Under the pieces are notes generated by a model that worked only from the letters and a program-made list of their open reading frames with translations, made no database searches and was not told the DNA's origin. A stretch of DNA of 64,000 bases, from positions 768,001 to 832,000 of the forward strand of contig CAVYGN010000002.1 of the NCBI GenBank assembly GCA_963768055.1, in the 5' to 3' direction. Positions 18,897 through 28,061 of the stretch are shown one piece after another. Position numbers and translations under genes: made by a program. This stretch comes from an uncultured Spirochaetota bacterium. GTDB taxonomy: Bacteria; Spirochaetota; Brevinematia; Brevinematales; JAOACQ01. The first letter of the stretch is position 1; the number at the start of each line of letters is the position of its first letter.

Positions 18897-20555
18897 ATGG
18901 ATAGTAATAGTTTGGTTATCGGAGTTGATTTCGGGACGGATTCTGTCAGATCAGTGATTATTAATGCCGGCAACGGGTCTGAAATCTCGAGTTATGTCAG
19001 CTACTATAAAAGATGGAAAGAGGGGAAATACTGCGATCCCTATAAGGCCCGCTTCAGGCAGCATCCCCTTGATTATATCGAAGGCCTTGAAGAATCGGTC
19101 ATTGGAGCGCTTAAACAGACTCCCGATGGAACTTCAGGAAGGGTCCGCGGTATTTCAATAGATACGACCGGATCAACCCCGGCGGCTGTGGATCGAAACG
19201 GCACCCCCCTCTCTCTTACACAGGGATTCGAAGATAACCCCAACGCCATGTTCGTTTTATGGAAGGACCATACGGCTGTTGAAGAAGCGGAGAGGATCAA
19301 TGAAACAGCCAGAAGGGGAAAAACGGATTATACGAAGTATGAGGGTGGAGTATATTCTTCAGAATGGTTCTGGTCCAAAATTCTCCATATTTTAAAGACC
19401 GATTTTGAAGTAAGGGAAAAAGCTTTTTCCTGGGTTGAACACTGCGACTGGATCCCTGCCCTGCTTACAGGAAATACCGATCCTCTGGTTATGATGAGGA
19501 GCAGGTGCGCTGCAGGCCATAAGGCTATGTGGCATGAAGACTTCAACGGACTGCCGCCGGAAAGCTTCCTGGTATCGGTGGATCCTTTATTCAAGGGAAT
19601 AAGGGAACATTTGTATAGTGACACGTTTACCAGCGATATAAAAGAGGGAAATTTGACCCGCGAATGGGCCCTGAAATTGGGTTTAACTGAGGACGTCGCT
19701 GTAGGTGTCGGGGCTTTTGATGCCCATATGGGCGCTGTTGGGGGAGAAATAGAGCCGTACATTCTTTCGAAAATTATCGGGACTTCCACTTGCGATATAC
19801 TTGTCGCTCCGGTAAAAGAAATGTCCGGAAAGTTAATACGCGGCATCTGCGGCCAGGTTAACGGTTCTGTCATTCCGGGCATGCTCGGCATGGAAGCCGG
19901 GCAATCTGCATTCGGCGATGTTTATGCCTGGTTCAGGAATATTCTGTTATGGCCTTTGGAAGCGATAATCGGCGACAGCAGATTATTAGAGGAAATATCG
20001 CATAAAATCCTTCCCAAACTTTCAATGGAAGCTGAAAAATTACATGCAGGGGAATCCGGAATAACAGCCCTTGACTGGATGAACGGTAGAAGGACCCCTG
20101 ACGCAAACCAGGTCTTACGGGGAGCTCTGTCCGGTCTTAATCTGGGGAGCGATGCTCCCGCAATATACAGGGCGCTTGTCGAAGCTACAGCTTTCGGCTC
20201 TAAAAAAATTGTTGACCGTTTCATTTCAGAAGGGGTACCTATAAAGGGTGTGATAGCTCTGGGAGGAGTAGCTAAAAAATCGCCGTTTGTTCTTCAGGTA
20301 TTGGCCGATGTTTTAAATATGCCGATAAAAGTCGCCCGTTCGGACCAGGCGGTTGCTCTCGGCGCCGCAATGTTCGCATCTGTAGTATCGGGAATATATG
20401 ATAATATAGAGGATGCTCAAAAAGCGATGGGAAACGGGTTTGAGGGTGAATTCAGCCCCGATAAGTCTAATACTGACAAATATTCAGAATTATATAAAAG
20501 GTACTCCGAAATGGCTGACTTTGTAGAGAGCAAAATGTTTCAGCCTGGAGAATAA
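18897..20555 (+). CDS. araB: L-ribulokinase
   Basis: IGVDFGTDSVR; RQHPLDY; LWKDHTA; GGVYSSEWFWSK; DWMNGRRTPDANQ. Confidence 0.95.
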   Translation: MDSNSLVIGVDFGTDSVRSVIINAGNGSEISSYVSYYKRWKEGKYCDPYKARFRQHPLDYIEGLEESVIGALKQTPDGTSGRVRGISIDTTGSTPAAVDRNGTPLSLTQGFEDNPNAMFVLWKDHTAVEEAERINETARRGKTDYTKYEGGVYSSEWFWSKILHILKTDFEVREKAFSWVEHCDWIPALLTGNTDPLVMMRSRCAAGHKAMWHEDFNGLPPESFLVSVDPLFKGIREHLYSDTFTSDIKEGNLTREWALKLGLTEDVAVGVGAFDAHMGAVGGEIEPYILSKIIGTSTCDILVAPVKEMSGKLIRGICGQVNGSVIPGMLGMEAGQSAFGDVYAWFRNILLWPLEAIIGDSRLLEEISHKILPKLSMEAEKLHAGESGITALDWMNGRRTPDANQVLRGALSGLNLGSDAPAIYRALVEATAFGSKKIVDRFISEGVPIKGVIALGGVAKKSPFVLQVLADVLNMPIKVARSDQAVALGAAMFASVVSGIYDNIEDAQKAMGNGFEGEFSPDKSNTDKYSELYKRYSEMADFVESKMFQPGE

Positions 20556-20556
20556 A

Positions 20557-21258
20557 ATGGATGATAATTTTAAAGAAATCAAGGAAATAGCCTGGGAATG
20601 CAATTTAGCTCTTTTGAAAAATAATCTTGTAAAATATACATTCGGGAATGTCAGCGCATTCGATTTGGCGAAAGGAGTATTTGCGATTAAGCCGAGCGGT
20701 TTCCCCTATGATGAACTCAAACCCGAAGATATGGTTATCGTGGATCTGGAGAATAAAGTGGTTGAAGGTAAATACCGCTATTCATCGGATACGAAGACCC
20801 ATTCCCTTCTCTACAGGAATTTTCAGGGGATAGGAGGGATTACACATGTTCATGCGCCTTACAGTGTGGCATGGGCCCAGTCCGTGAAACCGATCCCGGT
20901 TTTCGGTACAACCCATGCAGATATTGCCCCCTATGATATACCATGCACAAAAATAATGAGCGATGAAATGATTAAGGGTGATTATGAGGAAGAAACCGGG
21001 AATCAGATACTCGATGTATTCAAAGAAATATCCTATAAAGAGGTTGAAATGGTTCTTGTGGCTTGTCATGGCCCTTTTACATGGGGTGAAACTCCTGAAA
21101 AGGCCCTTTACAATTGTATTATGCTGGAAGAGATCGCAAAGATAGCATTATGGACCCTGGAAATAAATCCCGCTGCCGCCAGATTGAAAAACACGCTGAT
21201 TTCAAAGCATTACACAAGGAAACATGGGAAGGATGCTTATTATGGCCAAAACCATTGA
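20557..21258 (+). CDS. araD: L-ribulose-5-phosphate 4-epimerase
   Basis: TFGNVS; IKPSG; SSDTKTH; GTTHAD; HGPFTWG; RKHGKDAYYGQ. Confidence 0.95.
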   Translation: MDDNFKEIKEIAWECNLALLKNNLVKYTFGNVSAFDLAKGVFAIKPSGFPYDELKPEDMVIVDLENKVVEGKYRYSSDTKTHSLLYRNFQGIGGITHVHAPYSVAWAQSVKPIPVFGTTHADIAPYDIPCTKIMSDEMIKGDYEEETGNQILDVFKEISYKEVEMVLVACHGPFTWGETPEKALYNCIMLEEIAKIALWTLEINPAAARLKNTLISKHYTRKHGKDAYYGQNH

Positions 21259-21319
21259 TATTATAATTTTATATTTTTTAAGTATTTTCAGTCAATTTTC
21301 GGGAAAAGGAGGAGAAAGT

Positions 21320-21955
21320 ATGAAGGGATTTTCAAAGGGCTTGTGCTTTGTAATATTTGCTGCAGCAGCTTCATTGGTTGTTGTTAATTCGTATGCGGTT
21401 ACTGCCGCTCTTAATGTAGTCGGTTTATATTCCGAGACCACTTCCGGACAGGTTGAAATCCAAAAAGGCGGGAAATGGAAAATCGTTAGCCTCGGGGATA
21501 AAATCCCTCTTTACACTGTAGTAAGGATAACTGTTGACAGGGATTGGGTTGAATTAAGCCCGGACGATAATCCGAATGCTGTTTATGAAATTGATGGGAG
21601 TGCTTCCGGGCCTGTTGTTAAGAAAATATCCGATCTGTTGAAGCAAAAACCTAAAATTGTAAGCTTTCCGAAAAAAGGAAGTAAAGAAGAGAAAATATAT
21701 TCCGGGAAAGTGGTCGTCAGGCAATACCTGGGCAGGCAGTTTTACAGGGAAAATGATGACGCCGATTGGGTTAACCTTAGATACGGCGATAAACTGGATA
21801 AGGCAGGTACTGTAAATATAATAGGCATAAATAATACCCTTGTAATTGTCTTTCCGAACGGGTTGGTTACCAACGTTATCGGCCCGATACGGTTCAAGGT
21901 GGAAAAGCTATTTACAGGACAAAACCTTTATAAATACCTTAATGTGACTGAATAA
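21320..21955 (+). CDS. Exported hypothetical protein with two FecR-like beta repeats
   Basis: AAGGAGG SD before ATG 21320; signal peptide; GQVEIQKGGKWKIVSLGDKI and GRQFYRENDDADWVNLRYGDKL. Confidence 0.7.
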   Translation: MKGFSKGLCFVIFAAAASLVVVNSYAVTAALNVVGLYSETTSGQVEIQKGGKWKIVSLGDKIPLYTVVRITVDRDWVELSPDDNPNAVYEIDGSASGPVVKKISDLLKQKPKIVSFPKKGSKEEKIYSGKVVVRQYLGRQFYRENDDADWVNLRYGDKLDKAGTVNIIGINNTLVIVFPNGLVTNVIGPIRFKVEKLFTGQNLYKYLNVTE

Positions 21956-22139
21956 AAATAATTATATCGGTTATTTAAAGGAGGAAATCTTATAAAAAAA
22001 AAGGAGGCCGTTATGTAGTAAAATCAATTAACCGGCAACAGCGGAAACATAAGCGAGAGGCTTTTCTTTATTAATTGCCCTGTTATTAATAAGGAAAAGA
22101 AGTTATCATGACAGGGCTATTTTAGGAAAGGAGGATCTT

Positions 22140-23117
22140 ATGAGGAAATTGGTCGTTGGTCTTGCTTTATTGGTGATTGGTTTGGCCTTTGTTTTAGGTT
22201 CAGGTACTTTCGCAGCAAAAAAGAAGATTGTTTTGGGTTTTTCACAGCTTGGCGCTGAAAGCGAGTGGAGGGTTGCCTGCACTCGTTCTATTCAGCAATC
22301 TGCAAAAGATTATGGAATTGAATTGATCTTCTCGGATGCCCAGCAGAAACAGCAGAACCAGATAGCGGCAATCAGGTCTTTCATAGCAAGAAAGGTCGAT
22401 GTTATCGGACTGACATGTGTTGTCGAATCAGGCTGGGGCCCCGTTCTGAGGGAAGCGAAAGCAGCACATATTCCTGTAATAATGGTTGACAGAGGTTGCG
22501 ATGAAAAGGACACATCGCTCTGGACAACGATAATCGGATCGAATTTCGAAAAAGAAGGGGAAAAAGCCGCGAAATGGCTTGGCGATTATTTGAAGAAAAA
22601 AGGGATCGATGACGGCAAAAAGCAGATCAATATAGATGAACTTCAGGGTACTGTAGGATCGGCTCCGGCTATCGACCGTAAAAAAGGCTTTGAAACGGTC
22701 ATGAATGCCGAACATCCGAACTGGAAAATTGTTCGGACCCAGTCAGGCAACTTTACCGACTCGGAGGGTAAGGCTGTCATGCAAGCATTTCTGAAAGCCG
22801 ATAAAAATGTGCAGGTTGTCTTTGCTCATAACGATCAGATGGCTTTAGGCGCTATACAGGCAATCGAGGAAGCAGGGCTTAAACCCGGAAAGGATATTAC
22901 CATCGTATCGATGGATGGTGTAAAGGGAGCGTTCGTGGCTATGATGGCTGGAAAATTGAACTGCAGCGTCGAATGCAATCCACTTCTCGGGCCCCAGTTG
23001 TTTCAGGCAGCTGAAGATCTTATGGACGGGAAAACACTTCCCCCAAAAACCGAGACAATTGAAGGCATATTCGACGAAACTACAGCAGCAGCGGCTTTCC
23101 CGACCCGCCAGTATTGA
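22140..23117 (+). CDS. ytfQ: Sugar ABC transporter substrate-binding protein (YtfQ-like)
   Basis: GFSQLGAESEWR; DAQQKQQNQI; GTVGSAPAIDRKKGF; HNDQMALGA; VECNPLLGP. Confidence 0.9.
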   Translation: MRKLVVGLALLVIGLAFVLGSGTFAAKKKIVLGFSQLGAESEWRVACTRSIQQSAKDYGIELIFSDAQQKQQNQIAAIRSFIARKVDVIGLTCVVESGWGPVLREAKAAHIPVIMVDRGCDEKDTSLWTTIIGSNFEKEGEKAAKWLGDYLKKKGIDDGKKQINIDELQGTVGSAPAIDRKKGFETVMNAEHPNWKIVRTQSGNFTDSEGKAVMQAFLKADKNVQVVFAHNDQMALGAIQAIEEAGLKPGKDITIVSMDGVKGAFVAMMAGKLNCSVECNPLLGPQLFQAAEDLMDGKTLPPKTETIEGIFDETTAAAAFPTRQY

Positions 23118-23129
23118 TTAAAGTAAGGA

Positions 23130-23158
23130 ATAACCGTCCCGCTTTGCGGGACGGTTAT
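23130..23158 (+). other. Strong intra-operon hairpin after ytfQ (mRNA stabiliser/attenuator)
   Basis: ATAACCGTCCCGC-TTT-GCGGGACGGTTAT; perfect 13-bp stem with no U-tract. Confidence 0.7.
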
Positions 23159-23181
23159 CAATATAATAAGGAGGTTTCAAG

Positions 23182-24720
23182 ATGCCGGAAAAAACTGTTT
23201 ATCCTATTCTTGAAATGAAGGGTATAAATAAAACCTTTCCCGGTGTGAAAGCGCTGTCCGGCGTGGATTTCAGGTTATACGGGGGCGAAGTGCATGCGCT
23301 GATGGGGCAAAATGGAGCAGGGAAATCAACACTGATTAAAGTTATCACCGGCGTAAACAAGCAGGAATCAGGGGAAATTCGACTTGAAGGGAAACTAATT
23401 AGGCCTGATTCTCCCCTCGAAGCCCAGAAATTGGGCATTAGTACAGTGTATCAGGAAATAAATCTTTGCCCTAACTTATCCGTAGCGGAAAATATTTTTA
23501 TCGGCAGACAGCCTGAAAATTTTGGAGCGATTAACTGGAAGGTAATGAATGAAAACTCGGAAAAATTACTAAGTTCTTTAAACGTTTCGATCGATGTAAC
23601 ACAATTACTGTCTTCTTACTCAGTCGCGATACAACAAATGGTGGCGATAGCGCGCGTACTTGATATATCGGCAAATATTCTGATCCTCGATGAACCGACA
23701 TCCAGCCTTGATGAAAAAGAGGTGAGGCTGTTATTTAAAGTCATCAGGAAACTGAGGGACGACGGGATGGCGATCCTGTTTGTAACACATTTTGTAGAGC
23801 AGACTTATGAAATTTCAGACAGGATAACAATTCTTAAAAACGGGGAGAGGGTGGGAGAATACCGTACCAAGGATTTGCCGAAGGTTGAACTTATCTCTAA
23901 GATGCTGGGAAAAGAGCTTTCCGAATTCAGCTATTCGCAAAAGGATATGCAGAAGAGAGCCGGCGGCGGGGAATCGGTAAAAGAGAAAAATATCGTATTA
24001 AAAACAGAAAAGCTTTCCCGAAAAGGTTCGATATCTCCGATAGACCTGGAAATCTCAAGCGGGAAGATACTCGGGTTCGCAGGGCTTGTGGGCTCGGGAA
24101 GAACTGAAACCGCAAGGCTTATTTTTGGTATCGATAAAGCCGACCAGGGAGACATATACATTAAAGGAAATAAAATTTCTATGAAAGGTCCTTCTAATGC
24201 GATAAATGCCGGTTTGGGATTTTGTCCTGAAGATAGAAAATATGAAGGAATTGTCGATGAACTTTCGGTCAGGGAAAACATAATCTTGGCGCTGCAGGGG
24301 AAAAACGGAATATTTAAAAATATACCCTTAAAAAAACAGCAGGAAATAGCGGAAAATTTGATCAAAATACTTGATATAAAGACTACAGGGACAGAGCAGG
24401 AAGTTAGAAAACTGTCCGGCGGCAATCAGCAGAAGGTTATGCTGGCGAGATGGCTTGCGACTAATCCCGACTTGCTCATCCTTGACGAACCTACCCGCGG
24501 GATAGATGTGGGCGCAAAGCTGGAGATAATGGAACTCGTCCTCACCCTGGCGAATAGCGGAATGGCTATACTATTTATATCCTCTGAGATCGACGAGGTT
24601 GTCAGATGCAGCAATGAAGTCGCCGTTTTCAAAGACAGGGAAAAAATAACCGATTTGACAGGCGGGGATATTGATGAAAACAGGATTTTACATATTATAG
24701 CCGGAGGTAATAATTTATGA
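23182..24720 (+). CDS. ytfR: Sugar ABC transporter ATP-binding protein (YtfR-like)
   Basis: GQNGAGKST; tandem NBDs; LSGGNQQK; DEPTRGIDVGAK. Confidence 0.92.
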   Translation: MPEKTVYPILEMKGINKTFPGVKALSGVDFRLYGGEVHALMGQNGAGKSTLIKVITGVNKQESGEIRLEGKLIRPDSPLEAQKLGISTVYQEINLCPNLSVAENIFIGRQPENFGAINWKVMNENSEKLLSSLNVSIDVTQLLSSYSVAIQQMVAIARVLDISANILILDEPTSSLDEKEVRLLFKVIRKLRDDGMAILFVTHFVEQTYEISDRITILKNGERVGEYRTKDLPKVELISKMLGKELSEFSYSQKDMQKRAGGGESVKEKNIVLKTEKLSRKGSISPIDLEISSGKILGFAGLVGSGRTETARLIFGIDKADQGDIYIKGNKISMKGPSNAINAGLGFCPEDRKYEGIVDELSVRENIILALQGKNGIFKNIPLKKQQEIAENLIKILDIKTTGTEQEVRKLSGGNQQKVMLARWLATNPDLLILDEPTRGIDVGAKLEIMELVLTLANSGMAILFISSEIDEVVRCSNEVAVFKDREKITDLTGGDIDENRILHIIAGGNNL

Positions 24721-25769
24721 GTGTAATTTCTCGTTTATGGAAGGAATTTTCTTCTTCAAGAATAATCTGGCCTGTTGCCGCGCTTGCGGTCGTCCTTCTG
24801 TTTAATCTGATCCTTAATGTAAATTTTTTCAGCTTGGAGATTAAGGAAGGGCATTTATACGGCAATATCATAGATATAATAAAAGGTTCCGTACCGATTA
24901 TGCTCATATCGATAGGACTGACCCTTGTGATCGCCACAAAAGGCATCGATATTTCCGTGGGATCTCTGGTAGCGATCTCGTCCGCCGTAGTGGCGGTGAT
25001 GATCGGAGGCAATCTGGTAATGGTTAACGGCCATCAGGAGTTCGTGACATTGTTTCCGATGTCTGTGGCAATAATCGGCACTCTTCTCGTGGCTTCAGTT
25101 GCCGGCATGTGGAACGGCATGCTTGTATCGCGCATCGGTATACAGCCAATTATCGCTACTTTGATATTATTCATCGCGGGGCGGGGTGTAGCCCAGCTTA
25201 TTACTACCGGCCAGATCGTTTACCTCTATTACGAACCCTTCTTTTATCTAGGTAACGGATATCTGTTTGGGCTGCCCTTTTCTCTTTACATAGTCGCTTT
25301 TGTCCTGGCTGTCACACTTTTAATAGTAAGGAAAACCGCAATCGGAATGTTTGTTGAATCTGTCGGTATAAATCCCACGGCTTCCCATCTTTCCGGGATT
25401 AACTCAAAAAATATTATTTTCTGGTGCTATGTTTTTTGCGGATTTTGTTCGGGAATAGCCGGACTGGTCGTCTGCTCAAATATCAAAAGCGCCGACGGCA
25501 ATAACGCCGGACTTTTAATGGAATTGGACGCGATCCTTGCTGTAGTCCTCGGCGGAACATCGCTGAGAGGAGGCAAGTTCTATCTTATGGGGAGCATGAT
25601 CGGGGCATTGATCATTCAGACATTGACGGTAACAATCTGGTCGTTTAATGTTCCTCCCCAGATATCGCTTGTAGTTAAGGCGATAGTAATTTTCATTATT
25701 TGCCTTCTCCAGTCCGGTGTATTCCGGAAGGGACTATTAAGAATGTTCGGCAGCAGGGGGATTGCATGA
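24717..25769 (+). CDS. ytfT: Sugar ABC transporter permease (YtfT-like)
   Basis: TLVIATKGIDISVG; IQPIIATL; SADGNNAGLLMELDAILAVVLGGT. Confidence 0.9.
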   Translation: MSVISRLWKEFSSSRIIWPVAALAVVLLFNLILNVNFFSLEIKEGHLYGNIIDIIKGSVPIMLISIGLTLVIATKGIDISVGSLVAISSAVVAVMIGGNLVMVNGHQEFVTLFPMSVAIIGTLLVASVAGMWNGMLVSRIGIQPIIATLILFIAGRGVAQLITTGQIVYLYYEPFFYLGNGYLFGLPFSLYIVAFVLAVTLLIVRKTAIGMFVESVGINPTASHLSGINSKNIIFWCYVFCGFCSGIAGLVVCSNIKSADGNNAGLLMELDAILAVVLGGTSLRGGKFYLMGSMIGALIIQTLTVTIWSFNVPPQISLVVKAIVIFIICLLQSGVFRKGLLRMFGSRGIA

Positions 25770-26782
25770 AAATTTTATATAAAATAAGCGATAAATATCT
25801 GCCATTATTAGTTACTATAACTTTGTTCATTTTTATGTTCGGAGTAGGTTCTGCCATGTTCTTCGGGTTTTTCAGCCTTCAGAATTTTTTTAATATCCTT
25901 ATCAACAACTCTTACCTTATGATAATCGCCATCGGCATGACATTTGTCATTATTTCAGGGGGTATTGACCTGTCTGTAGGATCATTACTGGCTTTTTCAA
26001 CTATGCTTTCGGCCAGTCTCCTTGAAATATATCATTTAAGCCCCCTCATTGTCATACCTTTCGTTCTTGTCACAGGGGCGTTATTCGGATGTCTGATGGG
26101 TTGTCTGATTCATTATTTTGACCTGCCCCCGTTTATCATTACACTCGGCGGTCTTTATCTCGCAAGGGGCCTGTGCTATGTTGTCAGTATAGATACGATC
26201 CCGATCACGAATCCATTTTATACATTTGTCGCTCAGTATGAGATCCATTTTACACCTACAGATTTCATATCCATAAATGTGGTTATCGCCCTTGTAATGA
26301 TAATTATTGCCCTCTACTTAGCCCATTACAACAAGTTCGGCAGAACTGTTTACGCCATCGGGGGGAACGAACAGTCAGCGCTATTGATGGGCCTTCCTGT
26401 TGCGCAAACGAAGGTGCTTGTATATACCTTCAGCGGATTTTGCTCAGCCCTGGCGGGGGTCGTATTCACATTTTACATGTTGTCGGGATACGCATTGCAT
26501 GGCACGGGTTTGGAGCTTGACACAATCGCGGCAGTCGTTATCGGCGGAACTATGCTGACGGGCGGCGTTGGTTATATTGCCGGTACTATATTCGGGGTCC
26601 TGGTTTTCGGGACTATTCAGGTTTTAGTGACTAACCAAAGCCTGAATAGCTGGTGGACAAGGATAGCAGTCGGATTATTGATTTTCCTCTTCTGCCTGAT
26701 TCAGAGAATATTTGTGGCCGGCAAGAGTCTAAAAACCGAAGAGGAAACTCCGGTTAAAAAGGATGAAAAATCCCTGATCTGA
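25766..26782 (+). CDS. yjfF: Sugar ABC transporter permease (YjfF-like)
   Basis: ATGA overlap with ytfT; GMTFVIISGGIDLSVG; GGNEQSALLMGLPV; ELDTIAAVVIGGT; SWWTRI. Confidence 0.9.
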   Translation: MKILYKISDKYLPLLVTITLFIFMFGVGSAMFFGFFSLQNFFNILINNSYLMIIAIGMTFVIISGGIDLSVGSLLAFSTMLSASLLEIYHLSPLIVIPFVLVTGALFGCLMGCLIHYFDLPPFIITLGGLYLARGLCYVVSIDTIPITNPFYTFVAQYEIHFTPTDFISINVVIALVMIIIALYLAHYNKFGRTVYAIGGNEQSALLMGLPVAQTKVLVYTFSGFCSALAGVVFTFYMLSGYALHGTGLELDTIAAVVIGGTMLTGGVGYIAGTIFGVLVFGTIQVLVTNQSLNSWWTRIAVGLLIFLFCLIQRIFVAGKSLKTEEETPVKKDEKSLI

Positions 26783-26842
26783 AATCCGGGGATTTTGTTT
26801 TCTTGCGCTACTTTCCCTATTTTATCTCCTTTTTTACTCGAA

Positions 26843-26874
26843 GCCCTGCCCCCTTATGGGGGCGGGGTCGTTTT
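26843..26874. terminator. Terminator hairpin between convergent yjfF and egsA
   Basis: GCCCTGCCCCC-TTAT-GGGGGCGGGGT-CGTTTT. Confidence 0.65.
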
Positions 26875-26880
26875 AACTTT

Positions 26881-28050
26881 TCAAGAGTAAAATTCACGGG
26901 TTAAAATATCTGACATTTCTTCAAGTATTCCACATTCAAAAAGATAAGTGAGAATTGTATAGCGGGGCCTGAGATCCTTTGCATGGAGGATGCTGTCATG
27001 GAAAACAGTTCTGCTTATTCCCAGATCTGAAGGGTTGTCGGCAGAACCTGCCCTTTTTAAAATATCCGAAAGATGTGCGGGGCCTGGTGTGAAAGGAGCT
27101 ATCCCAAGTTCATTCTTCAGGCGCTCGTATATTGTTGAGATAACAATAGCCGCTGCACCGACAGCATTTCCATGCAGCGGGTGAGTGGAACCTTCTTTAA
27201 GTGCTTTCATTTCCCAATAGTGAGCCAGGTGATGCTCCGACCCTGATGCAGGCCTTGAATTACCGATGAGTCCCATGGAAATACCTGATAATAATAAAGA
27301 ATCAAGTAAATTTTTAACCGCGTCACTATCCCGCGCTCCTATCATTCCCGCTTTTGAAACTGTTTGAGTTACTGCCTTTTTCATTAATGCCTCGCATGCA
27401 GGACAAAGATATTCCCCGTTGATTTTATTAGACAGCTCCCAGTCCGATAAGGCTGTAAATTTACCTATAATATCTCCGAACCCGGCCCTTATCATTTCAA
27501 TCGGGGCGTCTGATATAACACGCTCATCGGCGATAACAGCAAGAGGATAAACAGCTTCGAATGTTTTTTTATAACCCTCGACAATGATCGGAGAAACCGT
27601 GGAAGCGTATCCGTCCATGGAAGGGGCTGTACAGAATATAATATATGGAATATTAAGTTTGAAACTGATATAACGCGATAAATCATTCAGGGTTCCTGAA
27701 CCGGCAGTGATGATCATCGCCGTGTCTCTGTCGGTTTCAAGCAAAAGCCTTCCAACGGCTCTTTCATCAGGAACCAGGGGGCCTGGTCCTTCAAAAATAA
27801 AAAGATTGGTTTTAAATTTATTGTCTGACAGGCTCTTAAAAAAATTATTTCCTCCCGCAGCCCACGTGTTGAGGTCGGAAATAAAAAGAATATTCTCCGG
27901 TCTTTTATCTTTAATTAAAATGGCCAATTCATCGGCAGGGTTTTGCCCGATATAGATCTTTTTTATGCCGACGAAGTGTCTCCTTCCGCACTCGCAATCA
28001 AATGAGATACCGGCCATCTTATCAATAGGCAGATTCAACAGGTCAGTCAT
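26881..28050 (-). CDS. egsA: sn-glycerol-1-phosphate dehydrogenase (AraM/EgsA family)
   Basis: CECGRRH; GSGTLND; TAPSMDGYAS; AGFGDIIGK; SRPASGSEHHLAHYWEM; LHG. Confidence 0.9.
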   Translation of the reverse strand: MTDLLNLPIDKMAGISFDCECGRRHFVGIKKIYIGQNPADELAILIKDKRPENILFISDLNTWAAGGNNFFKSLSDNKFKTNLFIFEGPGPLVPDERAVGRLLLETDRDTAMIITAGSGTLNDLSRYISFKLNIPYIIFCTAPSMDGYASTVSPIIVEGYKKTFEAVYPLAVIADERVISDAPIEMIRAGFGDIIGKFTALSDWELSNKINGEYLCPACEALMKKAVTQTVSKAGMIGARDSDAVKNLLDSLLLSGISMGLIGNSRPASGSEHHLAHYWEMKALKEGSTHPLHGNAVGAAAIVISTIYERLKNELGIAPFTPGPAHLSDILKRAGSADNPSDLGISRTVFHDSILHAKDLRPRYTILTYLFECGILEEMSDILTREFYS

Positions 28051-28061
28051 GCTTGCCCGCC

